From the human T2T-CHM13v2.0 reference genome, Homo sapiens: 64,000 nucleotides of DNA. The notes below the pieces were generated by a model. The model was not told the origin of the DNA. It made no database searches and saw only the letters and a program-made list of their open reading frames with translations. Shown here one piece after another: positions 42,931-64,000 of this stretch (its first letter is position 1; every line of letters begins with the position of its first letter). Location: the NCBI RefSeq assembly GCF_009914755.1, contig NC_060931.1, one strand, 5' to 3'. A program made the translations under genes and the position numbers.

Positions 42931-43020
42931 AAATGCTGACTTTTTGGTATGAATATGCTGTTTCATGCCTCGAGATCTTCCCTCAGGCCGGTCCCTTGAC
43001 CTTCAAACACCTTTTCCAAC

Positions 43021-43430
43021 TGTATTAGATTAGCTGAGCTGCTATTAAAAAATGCCAGATCAGGTGGCTCGAAAAACGGAAATGTTTTATCTGGCAGCTC
43101 TGGAGGCTGGAAGTCCAAGGTGAAGTTGTCAGCAGGTTTGGCTTCTTTGAGGGCCTCTATCCTTGGTTTGCAGACGGCCACCTTCTGGCTGTGCCCCCAC
43201 ATGGCCTTTCTTCTGGGTGTGCACCTCTCACCTGTCTCTTTGTGTGTTCAATCTCCTCTTTTTATAAGGACACTAGTCAGATTAGACTAGGGCCCATCCT
43301 AACAGCCTCATTTTATCTTAATCACCTCTTTAAAGGCCCTGTCTCCAAATATAGTCACATTCTGAGGTGTGAGGGGTCGGGGCTTCAACAAACACGTGAA
43401 TTTTAGGGGGACAAAATTCAGACCATAACA
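43021..43430 (-). mobile_element. MLT1A/B-type MaLR solo LTR
   Basis: ctctggaggctggaagtccaag...ttataaggacactagtcagattag...aattcagaccataaca. Confidence 0.85.
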
Positions 43431-43452
43431 GCAAACTTCATTACCTGGCTAA

Positions 43453-43785
<333 letters not shown>

Positions 43786-43829
43786 GCTAATTTCTACTCA
43801 TCCTTTGAGACTCAGATAAGGCGTTTCTT

Positions 43830-44555
<726 letters not shown>

Positions 44556-44994
44556 CCTTATCCAGAAAGATCTTCCTGTCTCCTAGACCTGGTTACATGT
44601 CCTCTTGTGTGCGCCCACAGTCTTTTATTTTTGTTACCTTTTTATTAAGCAAGTCCACATCAATCACACTATGTTCCTTAAACCTAAACCAGATGTTATT
44701 ACTCCTCCACCTATAACCCTCTCATAACTTTTCCTTTTGCACTTAGAATAAAGTAGGTTTGCAAAACCCAGCTCCAACTGCTCTCTTCCTTGGCCTTGGA
44801 TCTCCAGCCCTCAGAACTTCTTTCCTCAAGCACTCTGAGGTCATCTCCCTTCTCCGAGACCTTTCCTCTTTGGTCTCCTTGACCCCACAGCCTTCCCTCT
44901 GTGTTTTCATGCTGGGCCCCTTCCCAGCGCAGAAACTCATCTCCCTTCCTGTCTTCTGACCACCTCTTGACCATCACCCCCGAGTCATTCTCGA

Positions 44995-45072
44995 TTTTAT
45001 TATACATATATATATTATACATATATATAATATAGAGAGATTTAATTTATATATATTTATAAATATATAATT

Positions 45073-45105
<33 letters not shown>

Positions 45106-45111
45106 CATGAG
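44995..45111. repeat. (TA)n/(GA)n low-complexity tract
   Basis: Read directly. Confidence 0.9.
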
Positions 45112-45389
45112 ACAGAGAGATAGGGTCTTGCTCTGTTGCCCAGGCTGTAGTGCAATAGTGCAATCATAGCTCACTGAAGCCTTGACTTTCCAGGCTCAAG
45201 TGATCCTCCCAACTCAGCCTCCTGAGTAGCTGGGACTACATGCCTGGCTAATTTTTTTATTTTTATTTTTTGTAGAGATGGGGTCTCCCTATGTTGCCCA
45301 GACTGGTCTCAAACTCCTGGCCTCAAGCGATCCTCCCATCTCGGCTCCTGAAGTACTGGGATTACAGGTGTGAGCCACCACACCTGACC
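45112..45389 (-). mobile_element. AluJ
   Basis: Diverged Alu consensus. Confidence 0.9.
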
Positions 45390-46029
45390 ACCTGTTTTAT
45401 TTAATTCATAGAGTTTATCACCATGTCAATGTATTTGCTTATGTATTTAACACACACTAGAATTTGTGTTTTTGGAAAGCAAGGGCTTCATGTGTCTTGT
45501 TTACTATTATACTTGGCAACTAGCCAGTGCTCAATAAATATTTGTTAAATGAGTAGATGAAGGAATAGATTTCCATCCACTCTCACCCCCTCCCTCCAGG
45601 GAAAGTCCAAAGCTGTATTCATCTCCGTATCCCAGCATCTGGCTCCTGGGCAGTTTTTGAACTGTCGGGTTAAGTATCTTTGGAAATCCACTGGCCAAAA
45701 ATAGAGTGTTGAGCTCTCCTGCTTGGCCACCAGAGAGTGACAGAATCCGGCAACTGACTCCAGGAAAGGACCTGAGCCCAGGGGAAAGGGATCTGGTTAA
45801 GGTCCAAAGTTCCGGTGCCCAAGGGATGGCCGTCCAGGGGCAGAGACTGGGCTTTTTCGGGGCCCAGAGGAGAGAGGAGGCAGGCTTTAGGAGGTGCACA
45901 GGGAGCATTAGATCCCAACCTTTCCTTCCCAGACTGTTACATCTGGTATCCCTAGAGGGGTGTGGCAGAACAAGTGATTTAATCCTTGGATTCCATTCTT
46001 CAGGCCCTCCACACCTATAAATAGCAGTG

Positions 46030-46456
<427 letters not shown>

Positions 46457-46815
46457 TCATACAATATTTGACATTTTGTGTCTGGATTCTTTCCCTTGGC
46501 ATAGTTTTTGAGGTTCATCTTCTTTCCTCTAAATCTGAAACTATTCTAAAATTTCAAAGTTTATTTCAAAACATTGAGAGCAGGTAAGCCCTGCGGGTTG
46601 CCTGTGGCTCTAGAAAGCTGGGTTTGAATTGGCAAAGTTTGGGCTCAGATCTGCTCCACGTGCTTCCATATTCTGGGAGCAGCACTTACCAGGGGCATGG
46701 TCTTCTCGTGATAGATGGCAGAGATGCAAGAGGCCAAGCCAAACCACATGAGATTATCTAAAGCATCTGCTAATGTTAGATCCACCGACATTTCATCGGC
46801 CAAAACAAATCACAT

Positions 46816-47125
46816 GGCCAGGTGCAGTGGTTCATGCCTGTAATCCCAGCACTTTGGGAGGCCAAGGAAGATGGATTACTTGAATTCAGGAGTTCAAGAC
46901 CAACCTAGGCCACATGGTGAAACCCTGTCTCTACAAAAAATACAAAAATCAACCAGATGTAGTGGTGCACACCTGTAGTCCCAGCTACTCAGGATGCTGA
47001 GGTAGGAGGATCAGTTGAGCCTAGGAGGTGGAGGCTGCAGTGAGCTGTGATTGCATCACTCTACTCCAGCCCAGGCAACAGAGCAAGACCTTGTCTCAAA
47101 AAACACAACAAAACAAAAAAGCAAC
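46816..47125 (+). mobile_element. AluJ inside an old MLT1 fragment (~46600-47250)
   Basis: Alu consensus; flanking aacaaatcacatg repeat. Confidence 0.9.
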
Positions 47126-47300
47126 AAATCACATGCCTATTCAACGTCCAGGGGTCAGGATAGCATGCTCTTCCCAAGCTGGTAAGTGGCCATGTCTGGG
47201 ATGAGGAGGAAGAAAGATGTGTGAACAAATCATCCAATCTGCCAGACAGAACTAAACACCACCTCCACTCTGTATGGTGGACATCGTTATGTCTGCCCAC

Positions 47301-47648
<348 letters not shown>

Positions 47649-47976
47649 TAAACCAAAGGGAAAAGTCATGCTGGGAACTGTTTCAGGTAAACCTGCTTCC
47701 CATTTTATTCCTAAATGATAGCTACAAAGATTAAAAAAAAAAAAAAGCTACATACCTCCCTCACAATTTATCCACAAGGAAATTCCTTGTGGGCCTCAAG
47801 ATCTTTACCCTAAAACAATTCTGTTGAATTTCCCCCGGCAACATAAATTGACAGCTGGTCTTCACAGGTGTGGGACAAAGGACAGAACTCGAAGTCATCT
47901 CTCTGCCCACTGAAGACAAATGCATATCTGATTGCTTCCTCTGCCCTAGTATGTATTAATAAAAATGCAGATTCTC

Positions 47977-48325
<349 letters not shown>

Positions 48326-48371
48326 TCACATGTAAATTGTGTATCCAGTGAAAAAACTGATCAAAGACTCA

Positions 48372-48688
<317 letters not shown>

Positions 48689-48707
48689 AATGCAACTGTT
48701 TGTCTCC

Positions 48708-48711
48708 TATC

Positions 48712-48752
<41 letters not shown>

Positions 48753-48821
48753 ATCTATCATCTACCTATCTAATCTATCATCTATGTATCTATGTATCTA
48801 TCTATCTACCTACCTATCTAC

Positions 48822-48872
<51 letters not shown>

Positions 48873-48880
48873 CCTGTCTG

Positions 48881-48920
<40 letters not shown>

Positions 48921-49019
48921 ATCTATCATCTGTCTATCTACCTACCTACCTACCTGTCTATCTATCTATCTACCTACCTATCTATGTATCTATCTATCTA
49001 CCTATCTATCTAATCTATC

Positions 49020-49060
<41 letters not shown>

Positions 49061-49103
49061 CCTACCTATCTATGTATCTATCTATCTATCTATCTAATCT
49101 ATC

Positions 49104-49145
<42 letters not shown>

Positions 49146-49154
49146 ATCTATCTA
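48708..49154. repeat. Compound (TCTA)n/(CCTA)n tetranucleotide repeat, about 450 bp
   Basis: Read directly. Confidence 0.98.
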
Positions 49155-49399
49155 TGTTCTGGAAGCGCCCCCTGCTTCAAGTTGTCCCACCTTTATTGAT
49201 TGAACCCCTGTCCATCTTACACATACTGATTGATATCCCATGTCTCCCTGAAACGTAGAAATCCAAGCTGTACCCCAGCCACCTTGGGCGCGTGTCGTCA
49301 GGACCTCCTGAGGCTATGTCCCAGGCACATCCTTAACCTTGGCAAAATCAGCTTTCTAAATGGATTGAGACCTGTCTCAGATACTTTTGGTTCACACCA

Positions 49400-49552
49400 T
49401 GAAAAATGATAATTAAGTGAGATAATGCAAATGTTCATTAGCTCTATTGGGCCATTCAACCATGTGTATATATATTTCAAAACATCACGCCATAGACGAT
49501 AAATACAAACAATTTTTATTTGTGAATTAAAAGAACAAAATAAAAAATAAAT
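49400..49552 (+). mobile_element. L1MA-type 3' end
   Basis: atgttcattagctctattgggccattcaaccatgtgtatatatatttcaaaacatca. Confidence 0.75.
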
Positions 49553-49554
49553 CA

Positions 49555-49886
<332 letters not shown>

Positions 49887-49964
49887 TTAATTAATTAAAA
49901 GATGTGCAAGCAGGACAGGTAGAACATACTAAGAGTGTTGATTTCTAGGTGATAGAGTTTATGA

Positions 49965-50270
<306 letters not shown>

Positions 50271-50437
50271 TGACTAATTGCGGTTTCTAAGATAGCCACC
50301 TCAATACATAGATCCCATCCTATGCACTCGTCTTGCTGTAAGAGGAGTGGATGTACCTCTATCAGGTGTGGGGGAATGGGGTCTACACGCACTCCCCTTG
50401 AAGCTAGCAGGACCCTTGCAGCTGCCTTGAGCAAAAG

Positions 50438-51398
<961 letters not shown>

Positions 51399-51569
51399 AA
51401 AGAATATGGCAGGAATGATGATGCACGACCTCCAAGGCCAGATCATAAAAGGCAACAGTCTCCCAGCTGGCTCTTTCTTTCTCTTGAGACACTTGCCTTA
51501 CGACCTAGCCGCCATGTTGTAAGGAAGTCCAGGCCACATGGGGAAGTCCAGGCCACACGCAGAAGTCAC

Positions 51570-53951
<2,382 letters not shown>

Positions 53952-54095
53952 CTATTTTAGGATAATTTATGATATGCAGTAATAGAGAGCTAATACAGGA
54001 GTTTTCATTTTCTTTGTCTTTTCTAAATACCCCATTTTGTTTTTTTCTTTAGTGTTACTCCACCCCCATTTATATCAGCAATAATTATCCCATTT

Positions 54096-54422
<327 letters not shown>

Positions 54423-54993
54423 TTAATTATCCCATTTTCTACAGTGAACAGAGATCACTTTTATAAAAAGAATTGGCAGGTGTTATATTTAAAAAAAAAA
54501 AAAAAAAAAAAGACAATTAGGCCAGAGTGAGACATCTTGATTTTTTTTTTTAAGTTCTTTCTACTCCATTGGAAACAATAATATTCAGCAGAGGGATTAT
54601 TCTTCTTAATATAAATGTTTATCAAATACTGTGTTAATACAAAATAGCAATTTCACAAACACAGAAAGGGTCCAATACCAGCAGGACATTTTTTTAAAAG
54701 TCATGCCGCAAACGCCACTCTCAGACATTGTAGACATTATAGGTCTATAAAAGTGAATATGAAAGACAATCATACAGTTTCCGTTTCCTCCCACCCCAGA
54801 GAAAGGCCTTAAGAAGCAGCGAGGCCTGCACCTGCAGAGGTGGGAAAGCTCCTAGCGGAACCTGGCAGTGTAAACAGGACTGGTGGGAAGTGCATTCGGT
54901 GAAAGGCCAGAGCCTGAAATTTGAAAATGCTGATGGAGGCAGAGTAGCCCTTCCAACACTGGGTGCCCTCCTTCCTTTCTCCAGTGTATTTAA

Positions 54994-55348
<355 letters not shown>

Positions 55349-55878
55349 TAAGTTCAGGGCCACGCTGCCCACTGGGTCTCTAGGACCACCTAGCCTCAAG
55401 GTCCCCCACGAACATGGGCCATCACAAAGACAAGAGGCCATAAAATGTGATCCTGTATTCCTCCTAGTGGGGTCAGGGTTCTGGGTAACCAGATTCTTGG
55501 AAGCTCCTAATTTCTTTCTCCTTACCTGTCCCCACATGGCCTGGGGGCATTCTGGATCCCAAGGTATGACACCATGCTGAGCCCTGCCAATTGCAGCAAA
55601 TACACACTAAGCACTGATTACCAACAACTATGGCTTTCTGGGAATGTACCACTAAGAACAGCTTTCAGAACTTAGGATTTAGACGCACTCATGGGTCATA
55701 ACATCATTTGGTGGGTTGCAACCAGTAATTTGAAACAATGACATAAGATGGGATGGGATAGGATAGGGTAGGGAAGGATAGGATAGGATAAGATTGGATG
55801 GTGCTGGGATTTGTGTCCCTCCAAATTCTACGTTGAAAACCTAACTCCAAGGTGATGGTATTAAGAAATGAGGCGTTT

Positions 55879-56280
<402 letters not shown>

Positions 56281-56653
56281 TTTGGAAGGTGATTAGGTCA
56301 GGGAGGCTGCATCTTCACGAATGGGATTAGTACCCTTACACAAGAGGCCTGAGAGAGCTGCTTTGCCCATGTGTCAGTCATGGGAGGACACAATGAGAAA
56401 ACACCACCTACGAACCAGGAAACAGCCCTCACCAGACACTGAACTTGCCAGTTCCTTGTTCTTGGACTTCTCAGCCTCCAGAACCGTGAGAAATAAATTC
56501 CTGTTGTTTATAATCCACCCAGTCTATGGTATTTTGTTATAGCAGCCAAAATAGACAAAGGCTAGGACAGGATAGGATAGGATAGCAAGTATCAGAGCAT
56601 ATCACCAAAGTCAGTCCCATTTCAGTAAACTACAATCACTGTGTAAAATGTAT

Positions 56654-56960
56654 TTTTCTTTTTTTTTTTTTTGAAACGAAGTCTTGCTTTGTCGCCCAGG
56701 CTGGAGTGCAGTACCATGATCTCAGCTCACTGCAGCCTCCGCTTCCTGGGTTAAGCAGTTCTCTTGCCTCAGCCTCCCGCGTACCTGGGATTACAGGCAT
56801 AAGCCACTGTGCCCAGCTAATTTTTGTATTTTTAGTAGAGACAGTGGGAGGGAGCTTCACTGTGTTGGCCAGGCTGGTCTCGAACGCCTGACCTCAGGTG
56901 ATCCACCTACCTCTGTCTCCCAAAGTGCTGGGATTACAGGCTTGAGCCACCTCGCCCAGC
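56654..56960 (-). mobile_element. AluS
   Basis: Alu consensus; TSD aaaatgtattt. Confidence 0.95.
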
Positions 56961-57289
56961 GTGGAAAATGTATTTCTTAGTATGGGTCTTCAACAAAAAG
57001 GCTTGAAAAACACTGCCCTGTGGGAGTAAACAGAAGACGGCTGACCTCTGCCACCTGGACCCCAGGTGATGAAATGGGCGGGTCACATGATACACAGGTA
57101 AACCTAACACCTAACCCATAAGGGCTGCTGGCCCCAGCCAGGATGTAGCACCCTCCTCTTTTAACACTGCAACAGGGGCAAAAATCCATTGAAAGTCCAT
57201 CAGGAAGCCAGATGTGCAAAGAGAAAGTTGTCAGGACAAGCTGAAGGTATGTGAGCAGACAGATCTCCACTGTCTGAGCAACCTTGGTG

Positions 57290-57548
57290 TCCTCATATGG
57301 CTCATGGCTGTAATCCTCGCACTTTGGGAGGCCGAGGTGGGCGGATCACTTGAGGTCAGGAGTTCAAGACCAGCCTGGCCAACTGGTGAAATCCCATCTC
57401 TACTAAAAATGCAAAAATTAGCCAGGCGTGGTGGCAGGTGCCTGTAATCCCAGCTACTCAGGAGGCTGAGGCAGCACTGAGTGCACCACTGCACTCCAGC
57501 CTGGGAGACAGAGCGAGACTGTGTCTCAAAAAAAAAGAAAAAGAAAAC
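57290..57548 (+). mobile_element. AluS with right-arm deletion
   Basis: gaggcag joined almost directly to caccactgcactcc. Confidence 0.9.
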
Positions 57549-58020
57549 AGTAATTTCATCTTGTGAGGTTTTGGAAGAGCAAAATACAAGAAGAGGGATG
57601 TGAATGTGTGCACGTTCATAAGTGCGCATATTATCTGTTATACTGGTAAAAAGGGATGGTGTGCAGAGATGTGTGCATGGGGTGCAGGTCATGGTGTGTC
57701 TGTAAATTAGCTCTCCAAAAACAGGAAGCTCTGATCTGTAGCATTCACCCATCACCATGGTGTAAACACTCACACCTTGGTTAATTTCACCCTACCAGTC
57801 TTCTAATAACTTGCGAAGGCCTGAATATGTAAGTCCGTCTCCAGGGTGCCCTAAGGATGTAAGAACACTGATACCTTCCATGACTCCTCACCTCCCACCC
57901 CAGCAGTGGAGCAACATGAGACGGGATGGTATACCCTCCTCATGTAAAGTGCTCATGGCTCTCCCTCCAGCAGCATCCCCCCCACAACCCATATCCCCTC
58001 TTCTGCCACCCACCAGATCA

Positions 58021-58726
<706 letters not shown>

Positions 58727-58784
58727 TTAAAAACCAAACAGAAAAAACTCAAACCCTGATGTGTGTATAGCACTTGTGGATCAT

Positions 58785-58900
58785 AATCTCCATTTTATAA
58801 ATCAGGAAACTGAGGCACAGAGAGGATAAGGGACAGGCCCAAGGGTCTTGCACACTGGTCTGTGGAGAGCTGGATTTGGGTCAGGTTCGACTGGCACCAG
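58785..58900 (-). mobile_element. MIR
   Basis: cccattttataaatcaggaaactgaggcacagagagg. Confidence 0.8.
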
Positions 58901-59218
58901 ACTCTGGACTCTTACCTCACCATTTCTGAATGTCTCTGTGACAGAACTGGCCCTGCACAGGGACCCTTTGGGGCTGGGTTTGTTGTCACCAACTTCACAT
59001 CCCTGGCTTCCCTGGCCGGGCTTCACAAGAGGTACAGCTGGGAAGTGGCGGAGCCGGGGGAGCCTGCACCTGGCTTGTAGCATTTGCGACGACCAATTAC
59101 ATACATTGCTTTTCATCCTTGGCAATGCCACTTTGGCAGCACAAAATTGGCCCTGGCATGAGTATTTACACCATGGAAATTGACAATGCTACACACCAGA
59201 GGTTTTAAAACAATTATT

Positions 59219-59542
<324 letters not shown>

Positions 59543-60112
59543 TAAGGTCAGCTTTCCTCCCTGGGCAAAAGATTTGGAGGCAGTGTGTTTCCTTGCAAGC
59601 AGCCAGGTCTGGCCAAGGGCAGGAGGCTTGGGTATTAGATAGTCCTGGCTTCAACGCTTTGCTCCGCTGGTTAGAAGCTGGGTGCCCTCGGGAAAATCAC
59701 CAAACCTCTCTGGGCTTTGGCTTCCTGCTTTGTAATATCAGCAAATTATCCTTACCCCACGGGGGGAGTCTGTGTGAATCGGTGAAGACAGCATCTAGAA
59801 ACCACCAAGGGAGACTGGCACCCCGGAGGAGACCCAGACAGGTGAGCCTCTGCCTGCCCCGCTTCCAGCTCTTTCTCGTCACACCTGCTGAATACCACGC
59901 CTGTGACATTAGCATGCTCATTGGAAGTGGGTGCTGGAATTGTCACTGGCTCTTTCTGAATCCCATAGATGCTGTCCCCAGAGCCTGCATTTCGGCATCT
60001 GGTTACGCTGTACATGGTGGCAAATTTGACAGGTGCCCATCTCCCAACCCTTTGACCTCTACCTGCCCCCTCTCAGCACTCGTGGTGCATGAAGCCATCA
60101 TGGGCACCCTTA

Positions 60113-60670
<558 letters not shown>

Positions 60671-61206
60671 TCAAGCGCTATCCTATGATTCTCCCTCGCG
60701 GAGCCTGAAGCTGATGGAAAGGAGAAGGCTCAACGCCACTCACACCACACCTTCAGCTTCCAATCCAGTGGGAAAGGCAGCTCTGGTCTGTGATGCTGAC
60801 TCAAATCCTTCCCTGGCCGGGAGGCTGTCGACCCTGGGGACAGCCCTAGCCAAGCTCTGTCTGGGCCTTACAGAGAAGTCCTCCCAGGTGGGCACGCAGC
60901 CGGGGTGTGGGAGGTGTGTTGCTGGGGCCACTGATTCAGCTGCCCTCCCAAATGTGAGTCTACTGAGCAGGACACTGCCTCACTCCCACCTGCCTTCACT
61001 CATCCTGCCCTGGCAGTGCCCACTGAGCGCAGGTGCAGAGGCCAACGAGTCCAGAACGTCACACAGGCCAGCCTGCTGCCGACTGCTCTCCTGACTCCCT
61101 GAGGCATGACGACAGCTCTGCTGGGTCACCGGGAACCTCACGGCCCCAGGGATGGAAAGGAAGAGAGTGTTGCTGTCTGAATTTCCGGTGCATGCCCTCC
61201 CCACCC

Positions 61207-61607
<401 letters not shown>

Positions 61608-61939
61608 TAGGATACATTCAGAGGACATCCAGGGTCTGGGCTTGGGTGAAATGGAATCCTGGGAAAATCACTTCCAGAATGATGCTGGGGAAGAGAAAGG
61701 GTTTATGGGAAGCATGCCCTGAATTGGAGTGAGGGGAGGAAATGTGGCCAAAGCCCTTCAGAATGCCCTCCATGTTCTCACCAGACTACAGTTGGAAATT
61801 CCACCATTAGTGATTCATTCCTTTGGCTGACACCCCTGAAATCATGTGATCTTTAGGATCAGGGGTTGCTTTCCATTGGAAAGCCAACAGAACTAATGAG
61901 GAGAGCAGGTGGTGTTGTGCATTTGTTATCCTGCTGCAT

Positions 61940-62070
61940 CTTCAAGCAGCCCATAAAGTGCTGCCTTCCCCATTTAGCAACTGAGAACACTGAGGCTCAG
62001 AGAGGTTAGGAAACTGACCAAAGCTCCCACAATGCCGGGGTTATGCTGAATTTGATCCCAAGTCCAGCAA
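61940..62070 (-). mobile_element. MIR
   Basis: actgaggctcagagaggttagg. Confidence 0.7.
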
Positions 62071-62491
62071 GACACAGTCCCTCCCTCCAGGAGCTCCCAG
62101 GCCTGGGACCAGTGCAAGTAGCTGCATGATGAAGGATGGGGCTCCAAGCTGTGACGCTGGAGGGCAGGGGGCATGACAGGGAGCAGAGGGGAAGCCCCTA
62201 AGTCAGAGGAAGGCCAGAAGTTCCCCAGTGCTGATGCCTGAACTGGACTTTGAAGGATGAGTAGGAGTAAGTTGCATGGACAAGGGGATCAACAGTTCCC
62301 ACCAGTGGGACCAGCACCTCCAAAAATCCAGGGGCATGAAGGAGCAGGCTGTCCTGGGGAAATGCAAGCCCAGATGCCCAGGAGGAGGGGGCACAGGAGG
62401 TGCAGGTGTCAGACTGAGGAGTCAGCAGCTGCTATGGGGCCACTAAAGAAGTCCCAAGTCATCCAAATAGGAAAAGAAGTCAAAGTATCTT

Positions 62492-62792
62492 AGAAGAAAA
62501 GAAGAAGGAGAAGGAGGAGAAGAGGAGGAGGAGGAGGAAGAGGAAGAGGAAGAAGAAGAAGAAGAGGAAGAGGAAGAGGAAGAAGAAGAAGCAGCAATGA
62601 GAAGAAGAAGAGGAGGAGGAGAAGGAGGAAGAGGAAGGGGAAGAGGAGGAAGGGGAAAAGGAGGAGGAAGTGGAGGAGGAGGAGGGGAGGAAGGGGAAGA
62701 AAGGGAAGAAGGAGAGGAATGGGAGGAAGGGGAGGAAAGGAGGGAGGGAAGGAGTAAGAGGAGGAGGAAAGAAGGAAGCAAGGAAGAAGGAG
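62492..62792. repeat. About 300-bp polypurine (GGA/GAA)n tract
   Basis: Nearly pure A/G on the plus strand. Confidence 0.97.
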
Positions 62793-63133
62793 TAGTCCCA
62801 AGTCACTGGTCCCAGGAAGGTGCTTTGGTGTCCGTCAGCATCGTGATCGCAGGATTTTATCTTGGCCTGGCATGGTGCCACGCCTTGGGAGGTCTCCTAA
62901 ACAACACCCCAGAACCCCCAGAACCCCCTCTCCCAGCCCCAGGCCCAGGCAGAGGTCAAGTTTTCAGTGTCTCTGTCCCCATTTGGGAACGAGTCTCTCT
63001 CCAACCAGCCCTCCCCTGCAAAAGTTTCCCCACTGACCTCCAGCCCTGACCCCAGCTGGTGGGAAATATTTGGTGAGCTCTACAGGTCAGGCTTACCGAA
63101 GACAGCTTCCAGGCATTAGGAGTGCCTGTGTAG

Positions 63134-63199
63134 ACACACGTGTGCACACACATGCACATATACACACACACACACGCACATATACACGCACACACACAT
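63134..63199. repeat. Imperfect (CA)n
   Basis: Read directly. Confidence 0.9.
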
Positions 63200-63254
63200 G
63201 GGCAGGAGGACAAAAGCTATCCACACAGCATCTCCCAGCACGGAGGCAGTCTGG

Positions 63255-64000
63255 TCTGTGGAATGTGTTGAGATAATTTAATACTGGCTTGGACACACTG
63301 GATTCCAGGTGCAGGAACCCTGGAACCCCCTGGAATGTGCTAGAGATAAGCATAAGGCATCCTGTCTGTGCCCACTCCACCCTGGTTGGGAGTCGCAGAA
63401 TGAGGACCTCCTGACTTGAGACAGATTCTTTATCCAGAGAATCTGAGATTCCAATTCAGATCCTGGAGCTGGGCCTGCTACTCACCTCCCCAGTAAATGT
63501 CCAGGCAGCATTGGACAGAGAGGCTGGCCCCGCCCTGACGGGGGCTGAAGAACAGGCCCCCAGCAGCCTTGTTGTTGGGCTACTGAGCACTTCAGAGGTT
63601 GGGAGGACCTGGAACAGTCGCCCCAGATCCATGTGCCTTCTGTTTGGGGTACACCTGAGTAGCCTCTAACAGCCACTGATTGGCACCAAGAGAGAATCCA
63701 AATGTTGGCATCACAAACCTTAAGTATGGAGCAGGGAGCAAGTGCCTGGGGGCTGTTTGCCCCATCTTATGAATGAATAGCTCTCGTAATGTCTCTGGAT
63801 TTTTGGAGATGGGAAGAAATGGCCAAGTAACAGCATCCTCATTCCCAACTCTACTGAGAATCAACTACGGTGGAACAGAACATCAGGGGCTGCATGGGTG
63901 TGCGCCTCAGTTTCCCTCTACTGCCCCCAAACTGCCTACTCCAGGAGTTTCCCAAAAGGGAGGGGGAGATGAGGAGATAGGCATGCAAATGCCCATTTGG
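63255..64000 (-). other. MMD2: Probable terminal 3' UTR of the neighbouring gene MMD2
   Basis: Unique non-repeat sequence with ATTAAA (plus tttaat 63277-63282) followed by a GU-rich tract; gene identity rests on recalled synteny only, no coding sequence in window. Confidence 0.55.

Noticed and set aside
62443-63049. Ser/Pro-rich and Gly/Glu-rich ORFs
   Set aside because: Translations of the polypurine simple repeat

Overview
This is human (primate) genomic DNA, recognised from its proteins as the RADIL/PAPOLB locus (chr7p22 from recall, not checked). All genic features are on the minus strand. RADIL contributes a CpG-island promoter with non-coding exon 1 (~40792-40900) and exon 2 (34804-35402), which holds the ATG and the Ras-association domain; intron 2 runs off the left edge. 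Nested in intron 2, in the same orientation, are the intronless retrogene PAPOLB (CDS 17099-19012, 637 aa, testis poly(A) polymerase) and a full-length processed RPL22 pseudogene. The right edge probably holds the 3' UTR and poly(A) site of MMD2. The rest is repeat-dense: about 60 Alus, old L1/L2/MIR, MaLR and ERV1 LTRs (some nested), DNA transposon relics and simple repeats. Nearly all other ORFs in the track are repeat or GC artefacts. I see no evidence for a wholly new gene system. The best leads are regulatory or evolutionary: a sense-nested retrogene placing poly(A) signals in the host intron just after an RA-domain-only exon; two uORFs in the PAPOLB leader; a fossil PAPOLA C-terminus in the PAPOLB 3' UTR showing exon skipping and a late frameshift; a RADIL promoter built from a cryptic ~95-bp triplication; and a MER41B-like LTR with two intact GAS sites 10 kb upstream. 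Repeat subfamily names and parent-gene comparisons come from remembered consensus sequences, not from a search, and repeat boundaries are approximate.
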